From positions 31,374,001-31,438,000 of the forward strand of contig NC_087245.1 in the NCBI RefSeq assembly GCF_037042905.1: a stretch of DNA of 64,000 nt, written 5' to 3'. This DNA comes from Lytechinus pictus. Lineage: Eukaryota. Below the pieces are notes generated by a model that was not told the origin of the DNA, did no database searches, and saw only the letters and a list, made by a program, of their open reading frames with translations. The number at the start of each line of letters is the position of its first letter. The stretch's first letter is position 1. Positions 12,834 to 27,800 of the stretch are shown piece by piece. Both the position numbers and the translations under genes were made by a program.

Positions 12834-15800
12834 GTATGTTGTACATTTTAATCCTTCTTTGAATAAGTTCGACTTTCTTTGCTTTCTAAAATTACCTAAA
12901 ATATCCGGATAAATTCGGTAAAAAGTTATATGTATCTCCACAAGGATCAATAAAAATATTGGGGCGACCCATTTTGAAGCCGATTGTTACGGGTGTATAA
13001 AAATGAGGAAACCCGAATATCTTTTTTTGTTAATGATAACTTAAGGTGACGATGATCAAGATAATATCAATCAGTATTCGAAATAAGTTTTAGGTTTCTC
13101 TGGTCATTTACACACTGCGTGGTTAAAAAGTTGTGTCAGATTGCAGATGTTTCCCTATTATAATCGGGAAATCGACCTTTTTGCCACGAAGAATTAGAAT
13201 ACTCTATCCAGGCCTATATCAATTGCATTATGCTTATCACTATCAGGCATCTGAATTGAAGTTTCTAATTGTTATTCATTTTAAGAAAAAAGGGGTTTCA
13301 GATGAGGAATATATTTTCATGTGCTCAACAAGCTTTGCTTTTATACAGACCAACTCTTTCCCATACTGTATATCTGATATTCTCAACAAATTGTTCATGA
13401 GCTTATTACTGTCTTTTTTAACATCATTGATATTGTACATGAATGAATGTATTTGTGTACTGCAAAAACTCTGGTGTTAATTTATCACCAGCCCGGAATC
13501 TATATATGTCAACACCAGAGAAGTGTTAAACAACACCAGTTTCGTTTTGGTCTAACACGTACTAGATAGGTGTTTGTACAACACCAATTAGTATTAAAAC
13601 AGCATCTGTTTGATTCCAAACTGGTGTTGGTGTGGACATAGATTCCAGGCTGGTGTTAAATCAACACCGGAGTTTTTGCAGTGTGCCTTTCAGTGGAAAG
13701 AAATAAACTTGAACTTGAACTTCCATGTTTGAATATTATGTATACATTAGAAATGTGTTTAATTACCATGCATGTGAAGTAGCTGCATATTGGTAATATT
13801 ATTTTATAACAATGGTTATAAGTGACTTGCGCTCTCAAAACCGAATTGAATAATAATTCCAATCTAATTTCTCCTTTTCAATTGATATTTTAATAGAAAT
13901 GTGACTTCTCTTATATTTAAAAGTTATCTTTCTTTTTTTTCATCCTGTATTCATTTCATCAATGAAATTTCTCAAAACAAAACATGATGAAGCCATAAAA
14001 TTTGATTTTTCATAATAATGATCATAATCATCGTTGCGTAAGTTACATAGTTTATAACATAAACGATGTAATTTAAACAGCGATGTCATTTACTATGTAA
14101 CTTACACAATTATGTCATTTACTATGTACTTTACACAATGTCATTTACTATTACACAACGATGCCATTTAATATATGTTACTTACACACTGATGTCATTT
14201 ACTATGTAATTTACTCAACGATGTAATTTACTAAATAAACTTACACAACGATGCCATTTACTACGTAACTGACACAACGATGCCATTTACTACGTAACTT
14301 ACACAACAATGTCATTTACTATTTAACCTACACAACGATGCCAATTACTATACGTAACTTACACAACGATGTCATTTACTATGTAACTTACACAACGATG
14401 TCATTTACTATGTAACTTACACAACGATGTCATTTGCTAGTAACTTACACAATGATGTCATTTACTATGTAATTTACACAACAATGTCATTTACTAGTTA
14501 ACCTACACAACGATGCCAATTACTACGTAACTTACACAACGATTCCATTTGCTATGTAACTTACACAATTATGTCATTTACTATGTACTTTACACAATGT
14601 CATTTACTATTACACAACGATGCCATTTAATATATGTTACTTACACACTGATGTCATTTACTAGTTAACCTACACAACGATGCCAATTACTACGTAACTG
14701 ACACAACGATGCCATTTACTACGTAACTTACACAACAATGTCATTTACTATTTAACCTACACAACGATGCCAATTACTATACGTAACTTACACAACGATG
14801 TCATTTACTATGTAACTTACACAACGATGTCATTTACTATGTAACTTACACAACGATTCCATTTGCTATGTAACTTACACAATTATGTCATTTACTATGT
14901 AAATTACACAACAATGTCATTTACTATGTAACCTACACAGCGATGCCATTAACTATACATGACTTACACAATGATGTTCATTTACTATATAATTTACTCA
15001 ACGATGTAATTTACTATGTAACTTACACAAGGATGCCATTTACTATGCAGCTTACACAACGATGTCATTTGCTAGTAACTTACACAATGATGTCATTTAC
15101 TATGTAATTTACACAACAATGTCATTTACTAGTTAACCTACACAACGATGCCAATTACTACGTAATTTACTCAACGATGTAATTTACTAAATAAACTTAC
15201 ACAACGATGCCATTTACTACGTAACTGACACAACGATGCCATTTACTATGTAACTTACACAACGATGTCATTTACTACGTAACTTACACAACAATGTCAT
15301 TTACTATTTAACCTACACAACGATGCCAATTACTATACGTAACTTACACAACGATGTCATTTACTATGTAACTTACACAACGATGTCATTTACTATGTAA
15401 CTTACACAACGATGTCATTTGCTAGTAACTTACACAATGATGTCATTTACTATGTAATTTACATAACAATGTCATTTACTAGTTAACCTACACAACGATG
15501 CCAATTACTACGTAACTTACACAACGATTCCATTTGCTATGTAACTTACACAATGATGTCATTTACTATGTAACCTACACAGCGATGCCATTAACTATAC
15601 ATAACTTACACAATGATGTCATTTACTATATAATTTACTCAACGATGTCATTTACTATGTAACTTACACAACGATGCCATTAACTATGTAGCTTACACAA
15701 CGATGCCATTTACTACGTAACTTACACAACGATGCCATCTGCTATATGTAACTTACACAATGATGTTATTTACTATGTAATTGTCATTTACAATGTAACC

Positions 15801-18800
15801 TACACAACGATGTCATTTACTATGTAACTTACACAACGATGTCATTTACTATGTAACTTACACAACGATGTAATTTACTATGTAACCTACACAACGATGT
15901 CATTTACTATGTAACTAACACATCGATGTCATTTACTATGTAACTTACACAACGATGTCATTTACTATGTAGCTTACACAACGATGTCATTTACTTTGTA
16001 ACTTACACAACGATGCCATTTACTACGTAACTTACAGAACGATGCCATTTGCTATGTAACTAACACATCGATGCCATTTACTATGTAACTTACACAACGA
16101 TGTCATTTACTATGTAACTTACACAACGATGTCATTTACTATGTAACTTACACAACGATGCCATTTACTACGTAACTTACACAACGAAGTCCAACATGCG
16201 TCCAAAAAAATCGGATGTTTACTCTTTCCATCGTTATGATTATCATAACGGCACTTCTTTTGGAAGTTATATTGTGTCTGTATAAATATCATTGATTTTT
16301 TTATTATTGATTATTGATGAGAACTGCAATCAATCCAAGGACTGATTTAATGGTAAACATACACAAATGCAACGATGCTTAAACGATAAGTATAGATTGC
16401 TTTAAAAAAAACGATGAACATAGATCGCTTAACGAAAAAGAAAATATATAAACAAGAAATAAAATTAAAAGTGGTGTTGGTTAAAATCAACCAAAAGAAA
16501 ATAAAAATTATGTGACAACTCATTACAAAATATTTGGATGCATTATTTTTATGAAACAATAAATTACAAGAAGTTTGTATTTTTTGGGTTTTTTTTAATG
16601 ATAATACTAAACGATCGACTACTGTAAATTTTAGGTTATGTATACATGACCTAAAATTTACAGTAGTCGATCGTTTAGTATTATCATTAAAAAAACAAAA
16701 AAAAATACAAACTTCTTGTAATCGTAACAGTTAACATCCTATAGGATGTTAACTGTTACGATATCAGTATTGATATCTAAGCACTTCATACACCTCCCGC
16801 AACATGGATACCATGCCTGTTGATTGGCCTGCCTAGCTGGCCTGTATAATAAAACTGTATATACGTTCACTACCAAAGTCTCCACCAGAGTCCTTTGTAT
16901 TGGATCATTAACTATCCCTATAATAAGTTCGATTTTAAAAGGTCTATCTATTTTTGATTATGCGAATGGCTTTATCTGAATGTGAAAAGGAATCAAGATT
17001 ATTTATACCCACTCGGTCTAATTCTCCTATATATATATATTTTGTTCGATACATTTTTTTTAAATTATGATCATGGTCTAAATCTCAGATTGTTTAACAC
17101 CATCATGGCTAAATCACCTTGGTTTACTTTACCAGTTTGGCGTTAGTACCGCTCTGTAAAAACGCTGTTTTAAACACGTTATTTAAGCCCGTCACTCTAA
17201 CAACTACTGTTTAAACTTTTTAAAACAACTGTTTGAATTTTTTTAACAACTGTTTAAACTTTTTGAACAAGTTGTTTAAAAATTTTAAAACAATTACAAA
17301 CAAGTTTAAACAACTTGTTATTAGAGTGACAGGCTTAAACGCCGCCTATTTTTTTTTTACTGTGCGTTTGGTCTATAATCATTACTTGGCTAACTGCCAT
17401 TTCGTCTAATGCCGAGATTGTCTAATTTCCTTCCCGTCTACATTTTTTCACTTTTTTCAATGAAAATTTGGTTCATAAAAAGATTATATAATCATATGCC
17501 TATATACCAATTGGGTATAGTCTAACTGAATATTAGACAAATTGGTATGTGGGCTACATTGTAATTTGACCAAATGATCAGTACTGTAGACCAACTGGTT
17601 GTAGACGAATTGGGATTATACCATCCGGGATGAGACCCAATGAAAAGTAGACAAAGCTCGTGTGGACCAAGTGGTAATTTACTAAAATGGTCGTAGACCA
17701 ATTGGTTTTACTTTTAGACGAACTGGGAGTAGACCATGTGCAACACCAAACGAAAAATTAAATAAAGTGCGTAAACCAAGTGACAACAAGTTTATTCAGG
17801 TGGTGGATTAACTTCTTTTCCTGAACATTCAAACTTTATTTTTTTTTATCCTGTAGCCCGTATTTTTCTTCTTTTCTCCATCAGTCATCACTTCGAGTCT
17901 GGCGCGCCGATTGTCAAGTCGAAAGGAACACCGACTTCGGTGATTTGTACAGTACTCGTCATCGTGCTCATAACCGTTGCCGCTCTCGTTGGCATCGCGA
18001 TGCACATCTACACCTTAGGTGAGATCTCAGAAAGAGAGAAAGAAATTGGAGAAAGATAGAAATCAAGAAAGATAGTTATTAATAGAAAGAGGAGGATGGG
18101 GAGAAAGCAAGAAAGAGGGATTTACAGAGAGGGGGGGGGGAGAGTTGGGGAGAAGCAGGGGGTGGAGATGAGGACGAGGGGGTTGAGGATACTTAATGAT
18201 TTTTTTTTTAATACTTTGGATTACTTTATTTTTTATTTTATTTTATTCTATTTTAATATTTTACTTATTTTATCCAAAAAAAAAAAAAACAGAGAAGCCC
18301 ATTCAACAATATGTTGGTCTCCCACAGGCCATGTGACAATGTACATAAAAAACATTACTTAACAAACATTATAGCATAACTTGCAAGTAGAACAATCTCA
18401 AAGCAAAAATGCTATTAGTTGGATCTGAATGTGTAACCATATAACAGATAGACCTGTATGTGATGACGATAACTTAATAACGTCATCTTTGTTGAATATT
18501 TTCACATGAATAGTTTTACCTATTTTACGTTAAACTTGCATTTTTCTGGGCCTCCACCCAACTCTTCCCCTGGTGTATGTTTTTTTCTATTACCATTGTT
18601 GGAACCATAATGACAAAAATTACACAAGCCGAAAAGTACAATGAGATTTGTCTGTAAACAATTGATGAAAGCAGCCTCATTGACAATGATTTGTATTTAA
18701 AAAAGAAGATTGGTTCAATCTGAAAGGGGAAAGAATACACAGTCGACTAAAGGTCAATCGTGAGCCCAAAATTGACTTCGAAAAATAAAACCCGTTCTTA

Positions 18801-21800
18801 TATTAAAACGCCATACAAATTCTTTAGCATCGTTCGAAAATTATTTTTTATTTATACTTCATGTATATATTACATAGTATTTATTCTATCATATTCGTAT
18901 TTATTTGTATTATTGCTCACAGGCTATTTGAATACTCAAAAGCTGATAAAATGGCAATATAACATAATTATCAGCACACCATTTTGTCAATGTAATGGCA
19001 AAGTGAATTGTACGTCAATTTTTGGGTGAAATCGACAGTTATTTAATCTTGTATGTTACTCTTATCATTTTTTCCTTACTGACTTTCAAGTACACAGTGA
19101 ACGAAAAAGTTACTGCGGGTGTTGCTGCCGAAGATGCTACTATCACTATTACCGTTGTCATTTTGTTGTTAAATACAATTATATTGTCTATAATAGGTGT
19201 CACAAGCTTAATTGCAACAAGAAGGCAAAAAGTATTAATTCGACCAAACACATACGTGGAGCGTTGTGGCCCAGTGGATTAGTCTTCGGACTTTGAAACA
19301 GAGGGTCGTGGGTTCGAATCCCAGCCATAGCGTAATTTCCTTCAGCAAGAAATTGATCCACAGTTTGCTGCACTCAACCCAGGTGAGGTAAATGGGTACC
19401 GGTAGGAAGTAATTCCTTAAAAAGCTGTGTGCGCTATGAACGCCTAGCTTAGCCGGGTAATATAGGAGCGCCTTCAGCACCTAGCAAGGTGGATATGTGC
19501 GCAATATAAATACCCTATATTATTATTATACCAAGGATTTGTATTTTGACATAGCTGATTGACAAAAATTAGGCCTATAGGCCTATACATATGCTTAGCC
19601 ATCTAACATTGATTCTAAGAAGGGCATTCACTTCACTTTCTTAGTCCAAATGTTGAAGAAATATCATTTAACTTTTGGAACTATTCGACTGGAGGAAGTG
19701 ATAAGGGTTATCTAATTCTTTCAGTAGATGTTTTCATACATGTTGAACTATTTCAAAAATTAAGCGGTCAACGTACCCTTTGATGATCACATATGAAATC
19801 TCAGATATATGTCCTGTATTCCGGTCGTAAACAAGTAATTAGTTATAAGATTTTGTTGTGTTTACTGCCATCCATAGGCGGCGGAAGCGGGAGAGACGGG
19901 GGGACCTGTCCCCCTAAATTTGAGATGGGGGGACGATCCCCCCTTAATTTGGTTTATAACCTTTTTTTTTTTTTTTGCTTGTCACTTTTTGTTCCTGCGT
20001 CCCCCCTAAATTCCGGTGGACCCCCCTAAAATGTTTATGATCCCCCCTAAAATTTAGGTTGATAACCTATTTTTTTTGGCAAAAGATTGTGGTGGTCCCC
20101 CCTAAAAAATTTGGCTCCCGCCGCCAATGCTGCCATCCAACACGCGTTTTTACTGATGAAATATTTACAGGTGTGACACCTTTTCACAATGAAATACCAA
20201 TAATATGGCACTATCATTGTACACGTTAGCACATTAGTTGAATTACATACAATTATAATAGTCTAATATTTCCCCCTCCCTCTCTCTCTCTTTTCCACAG
20301 AGCTTTCCAGACAAGGTAAATTGAAATCACTTCCAAGTAGGCCTATATTACTTTTGGCTAATTTTTGCATATTTGCATTATGGGACAGAAGTATATAATC
20401 AAACTGTGTCATTGTTGTATGATGTCAATCGCTGACATTTCGGGGTATTTATTTTTGCAATTCAAGAATGATAAGAAATGTTTATATAAATCAAATTTTG
20501 TTTAATCAAGAAGAACAGTTTCCCATACAACAGCTAGCCTATTGTGTAGACTGACTTCTTACAAAGCTTAAATTGATAAGAGAAATCGAATAGTAGTTGA
20601 TTCTTTTTCAGACAAACTGAATAGAATACAAACTTAGATGTAGTTTTAAAAGAATTCTTGTACTAATGCACGAAATTCCATTAATTCTATATTTGTTAGA
20701 AATCAGACGAAGTGACCAATACGTTTAGAGGGAATTTGACCAAAATAATAGGCACTTAAAATTGAGGATTAATTGGCACATATTGATATATTTTAAGATT
20801 ATTGATTCTAATTTTTTTACTGTACGGGACGGCATTAGGATGGCCTGTAACAAAGTAACATGTGTTTACTACGTAATAACAACCTATAGAAGTAGGAAAG
20901 AAATATAACTCGAGGAACAAATACGTTTCTGTTGATGAAATTTGGCGCAATGAATAAGTAGTTAATTCCACAGCAGGATATCAGTGTTTTACTTCGGACA
21001 TGTCGGGTGTATGGAGCAATAGATACTGTGGGTAGGTATGAGCTAGTAGAAAATGTAGTTTAGTTTGACGGTTTATAGATGTATCTGTAACAACTGATTC
21101 ATTTGTTCTCTTATTACCCTTATTATTATTATTATTATTGTCATTAGGAGGTAAAGGTATGGTCAATAAGACGGAAACGACGGAGTCAATGACCACGACT
21201 ACCTCTACGCCAATGACTACCCCCGAACGTATGTACTGCGTCTCTTACTTTACCAATATTGCTTGAATATGTGTTTTTAATCTGTTGTATCCTTTACCCC
21301 CTACTAATCTCTTAGTTTGGAATAAGCACTGTTTGCCACAGGCCTATAGATGTGTAGAGTATGAAAGGGGATCCCAACCTTGGTCATAAAATGTTGTGCG
21401 GGAAGGAGAACAATAAGTAAAACAGAATGGTGAAAGTTTAAAAGAAATCGGACAAGCAATAAGAAAGTTATGGCTGTTTTAAAATTGAGATGCAAATTTT
21501 TAAATTGATAACTGGGTTAGTAAATTATGACAATCGGCAGGGACAATTTCCCCAATGGGCCATGGACTTAATTATCAGGGATTTGTGATTTCTTCCCAAT
21601 TAACTATTCCCCCTGGGGCAGTAATGAAAATACAACACAGGTACCATAATTGTTTAATGTCCTCATGAAAGAAAAATGTAACCCAGGTAGCATAATTGTG
21701 TAATGTCCCCATGAAAGAAAAATATAATTTAAAGTAATTCATTTTGAAAAAAAAAGTCATTTTAGCCATTATTTGGTTTGGGGTACATGGAAGGTAAGTC

Positions 21801-24800
21801 CTTCCCTTAATATCAATATGACATCACAAATGCGGCCCATTTGAAGTCTCCATAGTGATCGCCAATTTTTATAACTTTTGAAAATTTCTTTTTGCTTGTC
21901 CGATATTGTTCAAACATTCACCTATCAGTATGTCTGATTTTTCTTTTTCCTCTAAAACAACTTTTTATTTGGGCTGGATTCCCATTTAAGAATGGTGAGC
22001 TTAGCTAGATTGCTCTTCATTTTGTGTATTAGTGTGTATTGTATTTCTTTACATGATTATGAATTTTCCTGCATGATAAGGTCTCATTTGCATTAATTAT
22101 TTTGTATTGACATAATCAACATTTGTCATCGTATTCATCTACATTTGTTTTCATAATTACATTATTGTGCTTGCTGCATTTGTAATTGTAATTCATTTAA
22201 TTTTCATGTAGATTATTATTCTAATTTCATAGTGTACTTGCTTTTTACATTCATCTTTTTGTATGCATGTTTGCATTTTGTATTTGCATTTGTATTTGCA
22301 AATGTATTTGCAATTGCACTTAAGTTTGTATTTGCATAATGTGCTCTTACATTTGCATTTTGCATATGTATTTGCATATGTTGCATTTATGTATTTGCAT
22401 TTGCGTTTCTGTGTTTGAATTTGCGTATGCATTGCATTTCGTGCTTGTATTGTTAATTGTGTTTGCTTTTGTATTTGCATTTACATTTCATTAATATATG
22501 AATTTAAATTTTGCCTTTTTTTGCATTTGTCTTTTTAAAATGCTTGTTGGCTTTTTATTACGACGATAACATCGGAGATGACCACCACATTTATGGATAC
22601 CACAGTGGATATTATCACTCCATAACGTAGGTATATTTTGCACTTATACCAGCAATAATTTTTTTCAGGTTATTCGAATCTTTTAGACGAATATAGACGT
22701 GCATGCTTATTTATTACTACCTTGATAGTGATATCCTTTTCATTCATTCATTTATTCATTCATTCATTCACTCACTCACTCATTCATTAATTTATCGATT
22801 CATTTGTTTTTTTGTCACATTTATTATGTATTCATTTATATATCCATGCCAGTGAACAATTATCTCATTCGAAGCTTTTAGCTGTAGATGCTCTTACATA
22901 TATATTTCAACTTTATAATATCTTATTTCAATGATCACTATCATGGACAATGGCCATTTGTAGGATTTTTTTTGGGGGAGGCAAATTTCCGCAAAATGTT
23001 CCAGAAAACCGAGAGAGGGAGAGAAGCAACCGAGCTTCTTTTTAATAACAAATTGATGGCCCTAGTACACACTTTGTGTAGAATCTGAGTGAACTATCAA
23101 TAAAATTAGGGGTTTTGAAGACTTTTGTTGGTGTCACGGGAAATAGCCCGTCAGTGCGAAGCGGACTGCCGTGCATTCTGTAAATTCTGTTTTGACAAAT
23201 AGATTTGGCCTCTCCTTTTATAATTGTATATTTTGGGGGTATATGGTCGCACAGGAATGGAGAATGGACTACTCATAATTCAATAGACCTATAGAGTCAG
23301 GTCATTGCACAAGTACAGAAAATGAATAACAACATCGTTAAACACACAAAACGCCCTCGCGTAACAAACTTCCACAACCTATGAGAAATATCTCCACCGG
23401 TTTGGGCAGTGCTACATGGGGATGTGCGGACCCCCCCCCTCTCAGATTGATTTTAAGGTAGTCGGGAAATAAGCCTTGAGAAAGAAGGGAAAGGGAGAAA
23501 GAAGAAGAAGAATAAAGAAGAAGAAGAAGGAGGAGAAGAAGAATAAGAAGAAGAAGGAGAAGAAGTAAGATGAGGTAAGAAAGAAAAATGATGAATGTAA
23601 TAAAACGAAGTCTTTGTCATACCCCTATGACCTCCCGTCCCCCCAAAAAAACAAGACGTCGACTTTACGTTGTCACCTCCCCCCCCCCCTCCTATCAAAA
23701 TATCTTTGCGTCAACCTAGGTACTGTTGTTCTCCCAAGTATTTTTTTTGTCATATGATATAATATCGAACACCTCCAAAATATTCGTATAAGTCCAAGTT
23801 GGGGGTAACCTAGTCTACAAATGTAGACCACATCTGCAGTGTGTACCACAGCTGATTCAACGAGTCTGCATAGCAGACTAGGTCTACTCTGGCTGCATCG
23901 CTCGCCCATTCAGGCTGGTTTGTTTCGCGAACCAGCAGCAGCGCGCTTCGCGCGCAGAGATCCCACCTCACGAGCCATTCAGAGTCTGCATAGCAGACTA
24001 GGGGTAACCAGGGGCTGATATTATTTTGTTAGACTATCGAAATCTACTTGTACCATTCTCATTTACTTTATCGCTTTATGATCGTGTGTACCTATGTTGT
24101 TGTTTCTACAATATCTATTTAAATGCCAGTGTCTTCAGAATTATCCAGAATTTTCTGTCTTACAATTTTCCTTATTCTATTTGTTTGTAGATATAGTCAT
24201 AGGGTCCTTTTTCCCCGTGATCTTTTAAGTTTATACATGGATGAATGTGTCAAGTATTTGCCTATTATAGCAGAAATGATTTTTTTTCAGCCAGACTTTA
24301 GTTGTTTTTTTTAATTTCCCAAATCCTAAAACAATTTAGGTAATTTGTTTGGAAAGTTATTGTTTTCACCCTGATCGAATTAAAATTGTATAAAATTATG
24401 TGACTACATATGATTTTGATTTCTTTTTCTTATATTTTCTGCATTTTGTAAGTTTCTGGGACTGAATAAAAACTTTGACAGGTATTTCTTAATGTTTGAA
24501 GTTCAAAAGGATTTTCTAAGTAAATTATTTCAAGCTGTAATTATAATGATGATTGTTTGGCATCTTATAATTTGAAGTGATTGTTATCATCATTGTGATT
24601 TGTAAGGGTTCAAGCATTTATCATTGATAATTTTTCTGATATCTCTGATACTTTTAATCAATGTTGAATTACATTCTTTTTCAAATACAGCTTGCTTGAT
24701 GCCACAGAATGTTTCCGTTGGTAAGTTAAATGTTTTTGTCTGTACCTGGCAAGCAAACTTTCATAATTATCATGTAACGTTGATTGGATTTTGTATTCTT

Positions 24801-27800
24801 GGCCTTTAAATGTTATGAAATCATTTATTTTATAACCTTGTTATTTTACATTTTTATCGTCATTACTATCGTTATTTTGGTGGGTTTTTTTTTCTCGAGG
24901 TGGTGGGTCTTAAATTAATTTTTCAGCATGCTATCTCTGTAGTATAGGAGTAATTTTTTTATTAAAAAGCCATTGCATGAAACAGTAGGGCCTTTTACTC
25001 AATAATTAAATAGCTTCACCCGTCAAAAAAGAAATATATTAATCTCGTATTATTGTCAATAAGTAAAGGGGATTTGCATTTCAAAAGGTCATTGAGCGTA
25101 CATGATTTATAAATACACTTACCACAATAGAGTGTCTGTGAAACGCAGCAAACAACGACCGCAATAATTTTCCACGGTTTTGACGGAATATACATTCGAT
25201 TTTACAATGCAGGAATTGGACCGTAAAGATCTCTGCTTGTAAAATTCCTCGGCTTCAAGTCCAAGAACAAGCAGGCCTGAAAAAAAAGAAATTGCAGGGT
25301 TGGTGTGCAAATTTTAAGATTTGATATAATGGACTTGTCGTTGGGGCAAAACTGACGATTAGGGGGGACATGGGGTATGGGCCCCGGCCAAAGAGAAATT
25401 ATTCAACGAAGATTGATATGGGGGGGGGGTAAAATGTGAAGTTTGATTGATTATAAGTCGAGTAGCATTCAAAATAATGCGAGCTTGAATTATATATGTA
25501 CAATATAGGCCTAATCACCAATACGTAAATCTGTTCTGCTTTTGAAAGAAATAATTTTAGATACAGATTTCGTTATATCTAGTTGAGCGCAATATGGTGA
25601 TAGGGAGGCAGTTTTATTTTCCACTACTGGGATGAGGGGGGGGGGGGGTGGTTCCGTGAATCATCCCCGGAAAATAGGTTTTTAATCATTAGTATGCAAG
25701 GAAACTTATCGATCAGCGAGAAAATTTGGATTTTCAAGAGGGAAACCTATAGTATTCTGAAAGTATATAACGGTATGAAATCGGCTAATCGGATATTATA
25801 TTTATTGTCGTCAAAGCATGTAGTGGCATGCCCTTTCTGGAAAATGAATTCCAATTTGATTGTATGCGAGGGAGCTAAGCGAACGAAGAAGATAATTTGT
25901 TATTCTAAGTGGAGAAACATAGCGTTTTGAATATCATTTCCTAACATTATTATTATTATTTAGCAAGTGCACACATGGTTATTGAATACTGTCTTGATTT
26001 GAAATTATTGAGAATGAATGCTCTTGGGTTTAGTCAGTGAAGAGCCGGGAATATCAACCATGATAATCTTTTAGGTAAACTCAAGTTTTATGAGGGATTG
26101 ATGGGAAATCATGGAAATGGTTTCATAGCTATTTAAGTAATAGAAATGTTAAAATGATCGATGGATCACTGTCATCTGAAAAATCCATCTCTCATGAGGT
26201 GCCGCAAGGATCCATCTTGGGTCCGATCCTTTTCCTTAATGACTTACCTATGTTACGATAAATACACCTTGACGCAGGTGATACCGTAGTCTATTATTCT
26301 GATAAAGATCCCATTTAAGTTCAAACTACTACAACATGAATTAAATTCTTTGACAAAATTGAATGTGGCAAAATACATTCTTAAAACAAATCAGTCAAAC
26401 TAACTAGACCAGTAGTCAGCTGGGTGCAACTGATTTTCTAGTCACATTTCTGACAAATATTCTAGTCGGAAATAACTCTGTTCTAGTAAAATACGACTAG
26501 AAAATAGTCAAATATGACGAGAATAACAGTTGCACCCAGCTGACCCTATCAAGTAGTCATTTTTTACTGATTTGTTTTTAGAGTGTAGATTAAAAAGAAA
26601 CTCCACCAAAACTGTATGTTTGTTGATTGGTACAAAACGTATGATTCAGAAGCATGATACATTAAATCTAAAGGGTATTACTATTGATTTTGAACTAAAA
26701 TGGAATGATCATGTTTTGAACCATTGCAAAAAAGTCAGTAAGATGATCATTTTTTTTTGGTAGACTTAGTTCTTTTTTAATGAGTCAAGTTTAAATCTTT
26801 TATGTAAGGCTGTATATATTGCCACATTTTGACTATACGGACATAATTTGGTCTTCTGCGACTAATTTTGTTTGAGTATGTTACAAAAAATGCAAAACCG
26901 TGCAGGTATAGGATCATTTTAAAATCAAAACTGTCAGAGCACCGACCAGTACATGAAAATCATTATACTCTAGGCTGGGAAACTTTACAGAAACGTCAAT
27001 TCTTTTATATAAAATATTCCATGATATGTCGCCTGGGAAATTTTTAAGACATCGAGATACCATACTCTGAAACGTAATGAAGTTGTCTTGCCCAAACCTA
27101 ATACTGAAAAATGCAAACGTTCATTTCAATATCGTTGTGGAAAATTATAGAACAAAGTTTTGTAAATAACCGGTAAAATGTAATGGTGGTTTCATGCTAG
27201 TACTGTCCGGGGGGGGGGGGGGTAATGTGATTTAGCACCGAGAGTTCATTCATCTATTCTTTTACATTTTTAAAATGATTTGTTCTATATGTATTTATTA
27301 GCAATTTTTCATATTGTAATATTAATTTAATCAATTTATCTATATGGACCTCGGGGAAGAACAGGTTGGCTATTATAGCCAATCTGAAACGGATATATAA
27401 TTTTGTGATATATAATTTTGTATTACATGCATTGTTAAGTTTGATTATTGATACATTGTTATATTGTATATAATCATTTGATCATGTACTGTTTATTTTG
27501 TTTATATTTATGTATTTATAAAAATTGTGAATAAAACCAAACCAAATTAATATAGAACCCTAGACTTTTCATGTTTGAAGTCAGGTTCCTTAGACCACTC
27601 GGCCACGACGCGACGCCTCCACATGTAAATGCAAGCTCTTCCATTAGCAAACAACCGGTATCTGACTGATAATAAATACAGGCCTATTTGATAGCAAAAA
27701 TAACAATATTCCGCTTTTATATCAGGGGCCGCGGAAGCGGGGGGCTGGGGGACTTCAGCCCCCCCCTCCCCACTTTTATCCCAAAACCGTGTACAAAAAC

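Noticed and set aside
14029..16190. CRISPR array (29-bp repeats)
   Set aside because: Units are head-to-tail with no unique spacers, there are no cas genes, and the context is a eukaryotic intron.
19256..19330. Genuine tRNA-Gln gene (also near 12390-12463, 39235-39306, 58069-58140)
   Set aside because: The tRNA-like head continues into a shared SINE body and (TTA)n tail, and the acceptor stem does not pair well.
22193..22480. Cys/Lys-rich metallothionein-like ORF
   Set aside because: Product of a degenerate hexamer repeat.
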